Below are positions 27,563 through 38,291 of a DNA stretch of 64,000 nucleotides, piece after piece. Source of the stretch: Minisyncoccota bacterium (GTDB taxonomy: Bacteria; Patescibacteriota; Minisyncoccia; Phycocordibacterales; CAIZLB01); contig JAIPIA010000003.1 of the NCBI GenBank assembly GCA_021734945.1, positions 28,895 to 92,894 of the forward strand, given 5' to 3'. The notes under the pieces are model-generated. The model made no database searches. It was not told the DNA's origin and saw nothing but the letters and a program-made list of their open reading frames with translations. A program made the translations under genes and the position numbers. Position 1 is the stretch's first letter. Each line of letters opens with the position of its first letter.

Positions 27563-28582
27563 TTATTCATCATCCTCTGCACTACCAACACCACCAGAAG
27601 CCTCAGCCGCGAGCAATGCATCTATAATAGGCTGTATATAACCCTCCATAATACCTCCCTTACCTTCTATATTGTGCCAGGACTGCTTTATACGATGATC
27701 TGTAATACGATCCTGTGGAAAGTTATATGTACGGATTTTTTCAGATCTATCACCTGTCCCAATCTGATCTTTTCTATTTTTAGCAAATTTACTTTCATCC
27801 TCTTCAATCTTTTTTTGCTCAAGTTTTGCAAGCAAAATCTGCATAGCTCGCTCACGGTTTTTAAGCTGACTTCTCTCTGATGTACATCGTACATCTATGC
27901 CTGTAGGCTTGTGTATTAACCGTACGGCTGTTTCTACCTTGTTTACGTTCTGACCTCCAGCTCCTCCTGAACGTGAAAGCTCCATTTCGATTTCTCCAGG
28001 AGGTACTTCAAAGTTAATCTTCTTTCTCATAGGTAAAATGGCAATAGAGGCCGTAGATGTATGAATCCGCCCAGACTTCTCAGTTGCAGGAATTCGTTGA
28101 ACTCGATGGATTCCCATTTCATATTTGAAATACTTATATATTTCTGGACCTCGCATTTCATAAGATGCTTGCTTGAAACCTCCAATAGAGGTCTCTGACG
28201 AATCTACTAGCCGTGAACTCCAACCTTTTGATTCAGTGTACCTCTGATACATAGTTGCAAGCTGACTAGCAAAAAGTGCAGCTTCATCCCCTCCTGCCCC
28301 AGCTCGAACCTCAAGAATAATCTCAGAAGGATATTGATCCGCTTCCTCTTCTTCTTTTACGATATCAGCCATTTTGTCCACCATTCCTTTTATTTGCTGA
28401 TCAAGAAGCGACATTTCTTCTTTAGCCATTTCTGCCATAGATGCATCATAATCTGGTGAGTCTGAATCTAACAACATCAAAGAAACCTCTTCTTTTTGTT
28501 TTAAGAGACGTTCATATTCATATGCAAAAAAACTTGTCTTGTGATTTTGTTTTAAATCTGCTAGTGGTTGTGGGAGTTCCAT
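27563..28582 (-). CDS. prfA: Peptide chain release factor 1
   Basis: GGQ motif, RF1-specific PAT motif, RSEKIRTYN. Confidence 0.96.
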   Translation of the reverse strand: MELPQPLADLKQNHKTSFFAYEYERLLKQKEEVSLMLLDSDSPDYDASMAEMAKEEMSLLDQQIKGMVDKMADIVKEEEEADQYPSEIILEVRAGAGGDEAALFASQLATMYQRYTESKGWSSRLVDSSETSIGGFKQASYEMRGPEIYKYFKYEMGIHRVQRIPATEKSGRIHTSTASIAILPMRKKINFEVPPGEIEMELSRSGGAGGQNVNKVETAVRLIHKPTGIDVRCTSERSQLKNRERAMQILLAKLEQKKIEEDESKFAKNRKDQIGTGDRSEKIRTYNFPQDRITDHRIKQSWHNIEGKGGIMEGYIQPIIDALLAAEASGGVGSAEDDE

Positions 28583-28618
28583 TTGATTTAGGTTTATTGT
28601 CGCATATTTTAGCAAAAG

Positions 28619-28658
28619 AAAAAACCGCTAACCCCATGAGAGGTTCTAGCGATTTCTT
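28619..28658 (-). terminator. Probable terminator after rpmE
   Basis: CGCTA-ACC...GGT-TAGCG imperfect hairpin with an A-tract (U-tract on the minus strand). Confidence 0.5.
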
Positions 28659-28667
28659 CCAGAAACA

Positions 28668-28898
28668 CTATTTCTTTGCTTTTGCTGCTTTTGCTCCGGC
28701 CGCTGCCTTTCGAGTGTTGAACTTGTCTACTCGTCCTGCTGAGTCTAGAACCTTTTCAGCACCTGTATAAAATGGGTGACATCTTGCACAGATTTCTACC
28801 TGTACTGACTCTTTTGTTGAGCCCATAGTATAAGTAGCTCCACATGCACATGTGAATACTGCGTTTGGATAATATGTAGGGTGAATATCTGCTTTCAT
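28668..28898 (-). CDS. rpmE: 50S ribosomal protein L31 (Zn-binding type)
   Basis: MKADIHPTY, CACG, CARCHPFYTG, GRVDKF. Confidence 0.97.
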   Translation of the reverse strand: MKADIHPTYYPNAVFTCACGATYTMGSTKESVQVEICARCHPFYTGAEKVLDSAGRVDKFNTRKAAAGAKAAKAKK

Positions 28899-28938
28899 GA
28901 GGGCTACTATACCGTATTTTGATTTTTAAGGCAAGAAC

Positions 28939-30351
28939 CTAATTTCCACTCAAAATATCAATATTTGTCTGGATAGCCTGAACTCTAGCCATGACCTGAT
29001 TTCCATAAGAATTGCCTGTACCAGCACTACATGAACGGCCAGAATAATATCTACAAGCAGCATTTTTTTCATCTGTGAAAGCCTGTGAAGAGGCGCCCAG
29101 ATCTGCCAAATAGAAGCCTGAGGCCATGAATGCGTCTTGAGGATTCCAAGGGTCTGAAGCTGGTTTACCAAGAGCTCGGGCAATTTTACTCTGGAATAAT
29201 TTCCACGTAGACGGAATGAACTGTGCGGGACCCATTGCTCCGCCATATCCAATGTTTAGTGGACAAGAAACTACAGTTTTGTAAGGATCTCTTCCTAGTG
29301 CAGAAGTAATATCTAAGAAAGGCTGAACATCACGACTTGCCTTCATAAGGTTCGATACTGCAACACCACTATTCTTTTTAATACCTGCTCCTGTTGCAGG
29401 ATCTGTAAGATAACATTGTCCGACATTTGCTCCGAGATTACTTTCTTGTTGAATAATAGCCAATATAAATGCTGCTCGAGTACCTGTAATTGCACTCGCT
29501 GCTTTTGCATACGTAACAGCATCCCCAAACTTAATTGCTTCTACGTCTCGAAGCTTAAAAAGTTGATTTCTAATTTCTGCTGCTTTTTTGGTGTTATTGG
29601 CAATAACTGTCTTGTAATTTTGTTGCTGGTTTTTATTAAGAGCTAGTAAACTCTTCTTTTGTGTCTCTGCTCGTTCAATAACAGACTTTTCATTTTCAAT
29701 ACTCACTTTGGTATCAATTTCTTCACTTCGCTTAGTGTCAAGATCTTTTTTTACATTCTCATTTTCACTCTTGGCGTTTTTAATATCATACAAATGAGTC
29801 TGAAGAGATTGCTTAATTGATGCAAAAGAATCAAGATCAATAAAAAACTCAGAGATATTTTGAGTACTCAGCATAGCTTCGGCATAAGAAAAGTTATCTA
29901 TTTCTCGAGTTCGTTGAATTATTTGTTGAAGTGAATCTCTACCGTTATTAATACGAGTACTTAACGCTGTAATAGTATTTGATTTAACAGTTATATCTTT
30001 ACCTAATTTATTTATTGAAAGTTCTTTCGCTTTTATTTTTAATTGAGCTTGTTTTATCTTTGCATTTAAAACATCAATTTCGTGTTGATATTGTTTACCT
30101 TCGACGGCGGTACTATTGAGAATAGTTTGTTGCTGTTTAATCTGATTCTCAATATCAGCAAGTTGAGCTCGAAGGACAGCTTCTTGCTCAGGAGTGAGAT
30201 CCGTAGATTGAGCTTCAGCTATCTGTACAGACCAAAAATTATTCCCACTGATATTACCAATAGTAGAAACTACTATTGGTAGACAAAATACAGAAGCAAA
30301 AAACAAGCAAAATTTAATAACCAGAGAGAAAGGAACTGACTTTTTTAACAT
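28939..30351 (-). CDS. Secreted coiled-coil protein with a lytic transglycosylase-like domain
   Basis: Signal peptide, long coiled coil, QES catalytic Glu, GAMGPAQFIPSTW, PWNPQDA. Confidence 0.85.
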   Translation of the reverse strand: MLKKSVPFSLVIKFCLFFASVFCLPIVVSTIGNISGNNFWSVQIAEAQSTDLTPEQEAVLRAQLADIENQIKQQQTILNSTAVEGKQYQHEIDVLNAKIKQAQLKIKAKELSINKLGKDITVKSNTITALSTRINNGRDSLQQIIQRTREIDNFSYAEAMLSTQNISEFFIDLDSFASIKQSLQTHLYDIKNAKSENENVKKDLDTKRSEEIDTKVSIENEKSVIERAETQKKSLLALNKNQQQNYKTVIANNTKKAAEIRNQLFKLRDVEAIKFGDAVTYAKAASAITGTRAAFILAIIQQESNLGANVGQCYLTDPATGAGIKKNSGVAVSNLMKASRDVQPFLDITSALGRDPYKTVVSCPLNIGYGGAMGPAQFIPSTWKLFQSKIARALGKPASDPWNPQDAFMASGFYLADLGASSQAFTDEKNAACRYYSGRSCSAGTGNSYGNQVMARVQAIQTNIDILSGN

Positions 30352-30424
30352 GAATTACATTATAACCAATTTATCCACCTTTTAAAAGAAAACCTCTGTA
30401 AAAAATATGAAGAAAATAAAGAGA

Positions 30425-30460
30425 GCAAAGAAAAACCACCAAACGGTGGTTTTTCTTTGC
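30425..30460 (-). terminator. Terminator after rplY
   Basis: GCAAAGAAAAACCACC-aaac-GGTGGTTTTTCTTTGC, 16-bp perfect inverted repeat. Confidence 0.8.
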
Positions 30461-30503
30461 AACATTATGAAACTTAAGTTTTATAAGTATACAATCTCCA
30501 ATA

Positions 30504-31136
30504 TTATTCTGCTGGGATTTCCTCTTCTTCTTTCTTACCTTTCTTTTCTGAAATTTCAATCGCTGACATATCGATAGGTGCTGATTCTTCTTCAACTTCT
30601 TCTTTTGGAGCTGATACAAGAGCAACAACTTCTTCTCCATCGATCTCAGCAGTAACTCCAGATGGAAGTTTAATGTCTGAAACCTTAATTTGAGCATCGA
30701 AATCTACAAGAGACGATATATCTACCTCAATAGCATGTGGAAGATCTTTTGGCATAGCTTCGATCTCAAGCTCGTGAATAACTTTAATAAGTACACCTCC
30801 GAGAGTTTTTACAGCAGCTGATTCACCAATAAATTCGAGAGGAACGGCAACTTGTACCTTTTTACCTTTTTCGATAACGTAGAAATCAACATGAGTAACA
30901 GTATCTTTTACAGGATCTTTTGAAATGTCGTGAATAAGAGCGTCATGTTCCTCATCTAAACCTACAAGTGTAACAACACTAGACTCACCAGCTTGACGCC
31001 ACACCTTGATAAATTCTGGACCATTTACAGTAATAGGAGTAGACGCTGCCTTTGGACCGTAAAATACAGCCGGGATGTTACCTGCTGCTCGGACAACTGA
31101 TGCGTCCTCTGTTCGCTTTTGTATAGTTAATTTCAT
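30504..31136 (-). CDS. rplY: 50S ribosomal protein L25/Ctc
   Basis: IPAVFYG, HVDFY, C-terminal beta domain and acidic tail. Confidence 0.95.
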   Translation of the reverse strand: MKLTIQKRTEDASVVRAAGNIPAVFYGPKAASTPITVNGPEFIKVWRQAGESSVVTLVGLDEEHDALIHDISKDPVKDTVTHVDFYVIEKGKKVQVAVPLEFIGESAAVKTLGGVLIKVIHELEIEAMPKDLPHAIEVDISSLVDFDAQIKVSDIKLPSGVTAEIDGEEVVALVSAPKEEVEEESAPIDMSAIEISEKKGKKEEEEIPAE

Positions 31137-31208
31137 AGTCCCCTGATTATATATATATTTTATAAAAAGGCAAATATCATGGAAGGATTAAATACCCTAC
31201 CTTTCACA

Positions 31209-31958
31209 TTAATATGAGTATGAGTCGCTTGAATTAAGGTCACCTTCGCCGTTTGTTACGCCTAATACGATATCTGCAACAGTGGCAGAATCACACTGAT
31301 TTGCTCCACCATCTGAGAATAATGGAAAGGGTGTTCCAGCAACAGTAACATTGTCTGCACAGATTTGTTTAAGAGAATCTAGATCCGTCTTACCTACAAC
31401 TACTCCCGCCTGTTTATTTATTCCACCGCTATATGTCTCTGTTACTAAAGACCCATACGCAGTAGCCATCGTTCCATCTAAAGATGCAAAATATTTATAG
31501 CACACCTGCCCTCTGTCATCTAATGGGTGCCTCGGCATTTTCCCAATATATTTAGGAACAAGAACTGTTTCCAAATTATCAAAATACTGACAATTCAAAT
31601 TTGAACTTGTATCAGCAAAAGCATAACGCACAAAAAGGTTACTCAAAAAAGAAGTAAACCTCTCTGTATTTGATTGAGTATTGTTGTTAGAGGCATTATG
31701 AGCTCCATTCACTGCTAACATACTAGTTATTGGATATAAATAATTATTGTCAGTAGCATACAATTCGAGGGCGTTTCTGACTTGATTCATATCACTCTTG
31801 ACTTGCGCATCGTAGGTTCGTTTTTTTGCAGAACCTAAAGAAGATAAGACAACTGACGCCAAAAGTGCAATAATCGCAATAACTACAAGAAGTTCAATCA
31901 ATGTAAAACCTTTTGAATTCTTATTTCTTTTTATTTTTTGTATATATAAATGACTCAT
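31209..31958 (-). CDS. Type IV pilin-like protein
   Basis: KG|FTLIELLVVIAII, ALELY, LVPKYIGKMPRHP; ATG overlaps the upstream TAA (TAATG). Confidence 0.9.
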   Translation of the reverse strand: MSHLYIQKIKRNKNSKGFTLIELLVVIAIIALLASVVLSSLGSAKKRTYDAQVKSDMNQVRNALELYATDNNYLYPITSMLAVNGAHNASNNNTQSNTERFTSFLSNLFVRYAFADTSSNLNCQYFDNLETVLVPKYIGKMPRHPLDDRGQVCYKYFASLDGTMATAYGSLVTETYSGGINKQAGVVVGKTDLDSLKQICADNVTVAGTPFPLFSDGGANQCDSATVADIVLGVTNGEGDLNSSDSYSY

Positions 31959-32203
31959 TATTCTAAGTTTGTTATATGTATAGTACGAATAGATGGATCC
32001 TGACTTGATAAAATAGTGAGGAGTAAAGCGACACATATAATAATAATTATTGCGATTATAAGCATTTTATTTGCCTGTTGATCATTTTTAGCAATACCCA
32101 TTTTTAAAAGAAAGTTGACCAAAAAAGGTTTCTTTGGTTCTTCAAATTTTCTAAGGCTCTTATCGAGACCATTTGTATTATTAAATGATGTATATTCGCT
32201 CAT
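31958..32203 (-). CDS. Small single-TM hypothetical protein coupled to the pilin
   Basis: LLKMGIAKNDQQANKMLI plus TM; stop overlaps the pilin start. Confidence 0.7.
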   Translation of the reverse strand: MSEYTSFNNTNGLDKSLRKFEEPKKPFLVNFLLKMGIAKNDQQANKMLIIAIIIIICVALLLTILSSQDPSIRTIHITNLE

Positions 32204-32211
32204 AAATTATA

Positions 32212-33156
32212 TTATTTAATCTTATTCATAATTCGAAGCTTTTCCTCAACAACTTTCTCGACAGCTTCTACTGAACTAGCTAGAAACTTATAAGGAGCAA
32301 CTTCATTTGGATTTTGTGCTAGAGAATCTCGGAGAGCATCTCTATATGCAACTCGAAGCTCTGTATTGTAATGAACCATAGAGATACCCGCTTCTACAGC
32401 TGCTGCAAGTTCTGTGTTACCAATGCCAGAAGCACCATGTAGAACAAGAGGGGCGTCTGTGCTCGCTGCGATTTCAGCAATACGCGCAATATTAAGTTTT
32501 GGTTGAGCATTTTTAACGATTCCGTGAATATTTCCTACTGCAGGAGCAAGTAAATCTATACCAGTCTCTCTCACAAAAGTTGAAGCATCTTCTGCTGTAG
32601 TCAAAGCAGATAATGCAATGTTTCCATTTTCATCTAAAGGAATTTCCGTTGGTACACCATCGAGTACCTTTGAAGATTTTCCAATATAACCAATCTCTGC
32701 TTCTACCAAGACTTCCGTAGGAAATCCTAATGAATTTTTTCCTGTTACATCCACATCCAAACCATTTGCACGTTTTTCATTAACTTCTTTTGCGTACTGT
32801 ACCGCTTGTCTCGTAAAATCAATATTTGCTTGGATATCAGTACCTGCATGATCAGTAATGACCATGTCGAACCCAGCATCAATAGCCTCTTTTACTCTTT
32901 CAAAACTATATGTGTGGTCAGCATTAAGAAAGATTGGATGATTTAATTTTTGTCGAAGAGAACGAACAAGTGCAGAGACCTGACTTACTCCAATAAAATC
33001 TCTCTCTCCCTCTGACACTCCAATAACTACAGGCACATTTAGTTTTCGTGCCGCCTTTACTATTCCATTTAGAGCTTCTACGTTTGAAATATTAAAATGT
33101 CCGATTGCAGCGCCGTTTTCTCTGGCTTCCTGAATATATTGTCGTAGTGTTTTCAT
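32212..33156 (-). CDS. fba: Class II fructose-bisphosphate aldolase
   Basis: NADH, EAEIG, AVGNIHG, LVLHGASG, NTELR. Confidence 0.93.
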   Translation of the reverse strand: MKTLRQYIQEARENGAAIGHFNISNVEALNGIVKAARKLNVPVVIGVSEGERDFIGVSQVSALVRSLRQKLNHPIFLNADHTYSFERVKEAIDAGFDMVITDHAGTDIQANIDFTRQAVQYAKEVNEKRANGLDVDVTGKNSLGFPTEVLVEAEIGYIGKSSKVLDGVPTEIPLDENGNIALSALTTAEDASTFVRETGIDLLAPAVGNIHGIVKNAQPKLNIARIAEIAASTDAPLVLHGASGIGNTELAAAVEAGISMVHYNTELRVAYRDALRDSLAQNPNEVAPYKFLASSVEAVEKVVEEKLRIMNKIK

Positions 33157-33286
33157 ATGCAAATAGTACCATAAAGATACTCACAATATCTACATAATAT
33201 TACACAGGAAGTAGTATTAAATTAATCAAAACTGTGCAAAACATATCGTCAACTCTCTATATCTACTATGTTATACTCAATAACAT

Positions 33287-34357
33287 ATGTTTACATTCAA
33301 AAAGAAAAACACACCGGCAAATCCTGAGTTTATAGCTATAGGTGATTTAGTAATTGATGCTTTTATAAAACTTAAAGACGCGCACGAAATACCAAATGCT
33401 AGCAGTGGTGGCATGGAACTTTGTATGGTATTTGGAACCAAACTTCCTTTTGAATTTGCTGAAGAGGTTGTAGCTGTGGGAAACAGCGCGAACGCAGCAG
33501 TATCAGCGGCTAGACTTGGGCTTTCTACAGGACTCGTTGCGCATGTCGGAGATGATGAAAATGGACAAAAATGTATCAAAAAACTTGAGCAAGAAAAAGT
33601 TTCGACAAAATTTGTAGGTGTACACAAAGGTTTAATTACAAATTATCACTATGTGCTTTGGTATGGAACTGAAAGAACAATCCTCATTAAGCACGAAGAC
33701 TTCCCTCTTACACTTCCCGAAATAGCAGGTACTAAGTGGCTGTACCTCAGTTCCCTAAGTGAACACTCTCTACCGTTTCATAAGGAATTGATGGAATATT
33801 TAAATAAGCACCCTGAAATAAAAGTAATATTCCAACCAGGAACATATCAAATAAAATTTGGAGCAACAGCTCTTGCAGATATTTATAAACATTCAGAACT
33901 TTTCTTCTGTAACTTAGAAGAAGCACAAATCATTCTGAAAGAAAGCATGGGTGAAGCTATACATGGAGCTGACGGTAAACCAACTCGGGACATAAAAGTA
34001 CTACTCAATGGAATTCGAGCACTCGGACCAAAGCTCCCTGTCATCACTGACGGCCCACAAGGTGCATATACATATATAGTAGGTACTGATGGAGTCGAAT
34101 ACATTGGACATCTCTCAATATATCCAGATATTGCGCCACCTATCGAACGAACTGGTGCCGGAGATGCATTTGCTTCAACATTTAGTACAGCTATTGCCCT
34201 TGGTCTAAGTGTCGAGGATGCACTCAAATGGGGTTCAGTGAACTCAATGAATGTTTGCCAACACGTAGGCGCTCAAGCAGGATTACTTTCCCGAGAAATG
34301 ATTCTAGAGTATATAAAGAAAGCACCAAGTGATTGGAAACTAGAAAAAATCGCATAG
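33287..34357 (+). CDS. PfkB-family carbohydrate kinase
   Basis: GNSANAAVSAARLG, VGDD, TDGPQG, RTGAGDAF. Confidence 0.92.
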   Translation: MFTFKKKNTPANPEFIAIGDLVIDAFIKLKDAHEIPNASSGGMELCMVFGTKLPFEFAEEVVAVGNSANAAVSAARLGLSTGLVAHVGDDENGQKCIKKLEQEKVSTKFVGVHKGLITNYHYVLWYGTERTILIKHEDFPLTLPEIAGTKWLYLSSLSEHSLPFHKELMEYLNKHPEIKVIFQPGTYQIKFGATALADIYKHSELFFCNLEEAQIILKESMGEAIHGADGKPTRDIKVLLNGIRALGPKLPVITDGPQGAYTYIVGTDGVEYIGHLSIYPDIAPPIERTGAGDAFASTFSTAIALGLSVEDALKWGSVNSMNVCQHVGAQAGLLSREMILEYIKKAPSDWKLEKIA

Positions 34358-34419
34358 TCTACTAAATTAAAGGAAAATAAAAAATTGATAAATTTAAATT
34401 TATAATTGCACTAAATCGT

Positions 34420-36147
34420 ATGACCCAAATTCCACAAACATCAGAAAATACATCTAGTGAATCATTAAAAGCATTAGCAGAGCTCGTAGAAATACTTCAC
34501 CGTGAAGACATTGAATTTACAGATGACATGGACTTGCGTAATGAAAGTTCGAGAGACGCTAGTATTTTTACAAAGACACCGCAGATTATTATTTATCCAA
34601 GAAATTCTAGCGAAATAGGTACGGTTGTTAGGTCTATTTCAAAACCTCTTTCACTTTCAACAAGAGCTGGAGGTACATGCATGACAGGAGCACCACTCAC
34701 TGACAGCGTCCTACTGAACCTCACAAAACATATGGGGTATATAGAGGTTGATCCAAAAGCAAAAATTGCAATTGTAGAGATGGGAGCAATGTACAAGGAT
34801 ATAGAAACTAAAACTATGATAGACAACCTTTATCTTGCTTCTTATCCATCATCTAGAGAATTTTGTGGAATAGGTGGAATGATTGGAAACAATGCATCAG
34901 GCGAAAAGAGTCTTCGATACGGTGCTACTATTGATAATGTAATAAGTATTAAAGCGGTACTTCGTGATGGCTTCGAATATGAATTTGAGGAATTAAGTGA
35001 GAATGATTTTTTGAAAAAAACAAAATCTGAAGGATTTGAAGGAGAAATATATGCGTCTGTGTATGAAAGTATTTTGAAACACAAAAAAGCACTTGGTGAT
35101 TTACAAGAAAAACATCCGGTTAAAAAATGTGCTTCTGGATATAGAATTGATAGAGTTATTTCGGTACACAAAAAACAAGATGGAACTATTGAACATAGAT
35201 ACAATCTTGCTCCCCTTTTTGTAGGGAGTCAATCCACACTCGGAATCATTACAGAAGCAAAGATAAAGCTCACACGAAAGCAAGAACACAGAAAAATGAT
35301 TTTTATGGGAGTAAAAGAATTATCTGAATTACCTATTATTCTAAAGACGATTTTAAGTCACGACCCAGAAAGTGTAGAAACTTTTGACATACACACATTT
35401 GAGAGAGCTAAGACATTTCACCCTGAAGACACAAACCGTATTGAAAACTTGATTAATGAAGGTATAGCTAAACTTACAAATAGCCCTTCACCCAAAAATG
35501 AATCAATTAAAAAATTTGGATACACTCTATTTGTAATTGCAGAATTTGCTGGAGATATACAAGAGGTTGTATTTGAACAAGCTAAGGATACTGCAAAAGA
35601 ATTAAATGCACTCCATGATTTACACGTCTTCAATATAGACCACGACGATACAGAAGCATACAATAGTATTTGGAACATCCGACGAACAAGTTTCGGCGTA
35701 ATGCGTGATTTCAAGGACGGCACAAAACATGCAGTACCTTGCATTGAAGACGTGATTGTTCCTACATCAAAATTTGATGTTTTTATCCCTAAACTCATCA
35801 AAATATTGGAAGACCAAAATATTTTCTATGGATTTCATGGACATATCGGTGACGGATCTTTACGGATTATTCCTGTATTTGATCTTGCTGATTCTGAAGT
35901 AGTAGCAAAGATTGATACACTTTGTAGAAGTGTTTTTGAGCTTATAAAAGGTCTTGGAGGAAATATGAGCGCCGATCACAGCGACGGAATTATTCGTACT
36001 CCGTACTTGAAAGAATTTTATGGCGACGAAATTTACAATATTTTCGTTCAAATAAAAAATACGTTTGACCCTGAACATATTTTTAATCCTGGTAAAAAAA
36101 TAGGAGGCACAGTTGAAGATATCAAGAAAAATATAATTGAGGTTTAG
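34420..36147 (+). CDS. FAD-linked oxidoreductase (GlcD/D-2-hydroxyacid dehydrogenase-like)
   Basis: RAGGT, GGMIGNNASG, HGHIGDG, ADHSDG, FDPEHIFNPGK. Confidence 0.88.
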   Translation: MTQIPQTSENTSSESLKALAELVEILHREDIEFTDDMDLRNESSRDASIFTKTPQIIIYPRNSSEIGTVVRSISKPLSLSTRAGGTCMTGAPLTDSVLLNLTKHMGYIEVDPKAKIAIVEMGAMYKDIETKTMIDNLYLASYPSSREFCGIGGMIGNNASGEKSLRYGATIDNVISIKAVLRDGFEYEFEELSENDFLKKTKSEGFEGEIYASVYESILKHKKALGDLQEKHPVKKCASGYRIDRVISVHKKQDGTIEHRYNLAPLFVGSQSTLGIITEAKIKLTRKQEHRKMIFMGVKELSELPIILKTILSHDPESVETFDIHTFERAKTFHPEDTNRIENLINEGIAKLTNSPSPKNESIKKFGYTLFVIAEFAGDIQEVVFEQAKDTAKELNALHDLHVFNIDHDDTEAYNSIWNIRRTSFGVMRDFKDGTKHAVPCIEDVIVPTSKFDVFIPKLIKILEDQNIFYGFHGHIGDGSLRIIPVFDLADSEVVAKIDTLCRSVFELIKGLGGNMSADHSDGIIRTPYLKEFYGDEIYNIFVQIKNTFDPEHIFNPGKKIGGTVEDIKKNIIEV

Positions 36148-36193
36148 GTCCGAGAATAGTTTTTTAGTTGTACCTCGTGACACTTTGAAACCT

Positions 36194-37306
36194 TTAGCCT
36201 TTTCTCTTCAGTACCTTGGCTACCGCTTCACGTATATGCTCCTCCCCCATTCCATAATGTTTTATGAGTTCTGCAGGTGTACCTGATTGCCCAAACTTAT
36301 TTTCGACACCAACAAATTCCATGTGAGTTGGGAAATTTTTTGATAGATATTCAGCTACAGTACTCCCCATTCCACCAGCCACCTGATGCTCTTCGACTGT
36401 CACGAGAGCTCTGGTTTCTTTTGCAAGAGTCAGAACAGCATTCTCATCGAGAGGCTTGATAGTAGCAAGGTTCATTACTTTTACAGCAATACCTTTTTCT
36501 TCGTACTCATGAGCAATCTTTAGAGCTTGATATACCAATTGTCCACAAGCAATGATTCCTACATCATGACGAATATCGTGAGTTTCAGTATCAAGCTTGA
36601 ATGTTACCGTATTTGATCCACCATTTGTTTTTGACTTCATCGTAATAAATCGAGATTCGTCGAGTTCAAAAAAGATCTGCGCTTTACCAATTTCAAAAGG
36701 TGTTTCTTCTGTTGTAATAACCGGTGACTTCTCACGTGCAAGACGTAAATACACTGGAGTATCAGTACCTCCGCCTTGCCCTCCCTCTTGCTTACCCTCG
36801 GCGACACTTCGTGCTACTGCTTGAGTTGCCTTTCTTGCTTCTATTGCATCGCAAGGAACTATAACTGTCATATTTGGGATAACACGAGTAATAGCAATAT
36901 CCTCTATTGCTTGGTGAGTTCCACCATCTGGCCCAACAGATATACCGGCATGTGATCCAGCAATGATAACTTTTTGATCGTTGTAACAAATAGTTGTACG
37001 AATCTGTTCCCAATTTCGCCCAGGACTAAACATTGCATATGAGGTAATAAAAGGAAGCTTCCCCATTGCTGCCATACCAGAAGCAACTGACGCCATATTT
37101 TGTTCTGCAATACCTATTTCCAAAAAACGCTCTGGAAACTTTTTCTTAAATTCACCCATCTTTGTAGAATCAGTAAGATCAGCGCACAAACCTACAATAT
37201 TTTTATTTTTCTCTGCGGCATCAATAATACCCTGGCCAAATCCATCACGAATAGCCTTCTGTTCTACGTCTGTATCAAATATTTTTGGGTTAAGTATATT
37301 TTGCAT
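36194..37306 (-). CDS. Transketolase, C-terminal subunit
   Basis: GIAEQNM, GPDGGTHQ, PVYLRL, IKPLD, VEEH. Confidence 0.93.
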   Translation of the reverse strand: MQNILNPKIFDTDVEQKAIRDGFGQGIIDAAEKNKNIVGLCADLTDSTKMGEFKKKFPERFLEIGIAEQNMASVASGMAAMGKLPFITSYAMFSPGRNWEQIRTTICYNDQKVIIAGSHAGISVGPDGGTHQAIEDIAITRVIPNMTVIVPCDAIEARKATQAVARSVAEGKQEGGQGGGTDTPVYLRLAREKSPVITTEETPFEIGKAQIFFELDESRFITMKSKTNGGSNTVTFKLDTETHDIRHDVGIIACGQLVYQALKIAHEYEEKGIAVKVMNLATIKPLDENAVLTLAKETRALVTVEEHQVAGGMGSTVAEYLSKNFPTHMEFVGVENKFGQSGTPAELIKHYGMGEEHIREAVAKVLKRKG

Positions 37307-37332
37307 GTGATTTAAAAAATTATCTGAGACAT

Positions 37333-38238
37333 CTAGATTTGAGGTGAATTGACTCGTGAGTTCACAGGCAACTCCGCACGTAGATCAGATAGTGCGACCT
37401 CAACTTGTTTTGCTTTTTCTGGTGCACCAGCTATATCTGAAATGCCCGGTGGTGTACCATGCCATTCAAAACGATGCTCCATATATGAGACGCCTTTTCC
37501 AGGAATAGTATGTGCAAGTATAACTGAAGGTTTTTCAAACATCGCTTGGGCTTCACGCACAGCACCAACAATTGCTCGCATATCATGACCGTCTATTTGA
37601 AGAACATGCCAGCCGAATGATTTCCATTTATCATACAATGGAGATAAAGGCATAATATCTTCGGTAAATCCATCAATCTGAATGTGATTTCTATCAACAA
37701 TAGCAATAAGATTTCCAAGTTTTTCTTTGCCAGCAAGCATCATCGCCTCCCAATTTTGTCCCTCATTGAGCTCACCATCTCCGAGCATACAATATATAAA
37801 TCGTGGAGTTACCTTTCCATAATCCATCCTATCTGCAATAGCCATACCAACAGCTTGTGAAAGCCCTGAGCCAAGAGGACCTGAACTTGTTTCAAGTGAT
37901 GGCAGAAATTCTCGATGTGGATGGCCTTGAAGTCGTGAGCCAAATTTTCGCAGTGTAAGGAGTTCTGACACAGGAAAATATCCTGAGTGGGCCATAGCCG
38001 AATATAACACTGGACAAATATGTCCATTAGACAAAACTAGTCGATCACGTTCTGGCCAATCAGGCCGCGCCGGATCGTGTTTTAAAATATTAAAATAGAG
38101 CGCTGTAAAAATATCTGCCATACCAAGTGGTCCACCAGTATGACCGGACTTTGCTTCTGCAAGCATTTCTATAATACTCACTCGAACATTACGAGCGTTA
38201 TCTTCGAGCATCTTAACTTGTTCATCTGTAAGAAACAT
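37333..38238 (-). CDS. Transketolase, N-terminal subunit
   Basis: SGHTGG, LSNGH, LQGHP, GDGELNEG ThDP motif; start at 38238 fits the promoter spacing. Confidence 0.94.
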   Translation of the reverse strand: MFLTDEQVKMLEDNARNVRVSIIEMLAEAKSGHTGGPLGMADIFTALYFNILKHDPARPDWPERDRLVLSNGHICPVLYSAMAHSGYFPVSELLTLRKFGSRLQGHPHREFLPSLETSSGPLGSGLSQAVGMAIADRMDYGKVTPRFIYCMLGDGELNEGQNWEAMMLAGKEKLGNLIAIVDRNHIQIDGFTEDIMPLSPLYDKWKSFGWHVLQIDGHDMRAIVGAVREAQAMFEKPSVILAHTIPGKGVSYMEHRFEWHGTPPGISDIAGAPEKAKQVEVALSDLRAELPVNSRVNSPQI

Positions 38239-38291
38239 ATACATGTAGTATAACAGATGTGTGCGAGAAATTATTTCGTATTATCCACGCC

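Noticed and set aside
30371-30697. 108-aa ORF overlapping the rplY 3' end
   Set aside because: It is an alternative frame of rplY running through its terminator, with no independent evidence.
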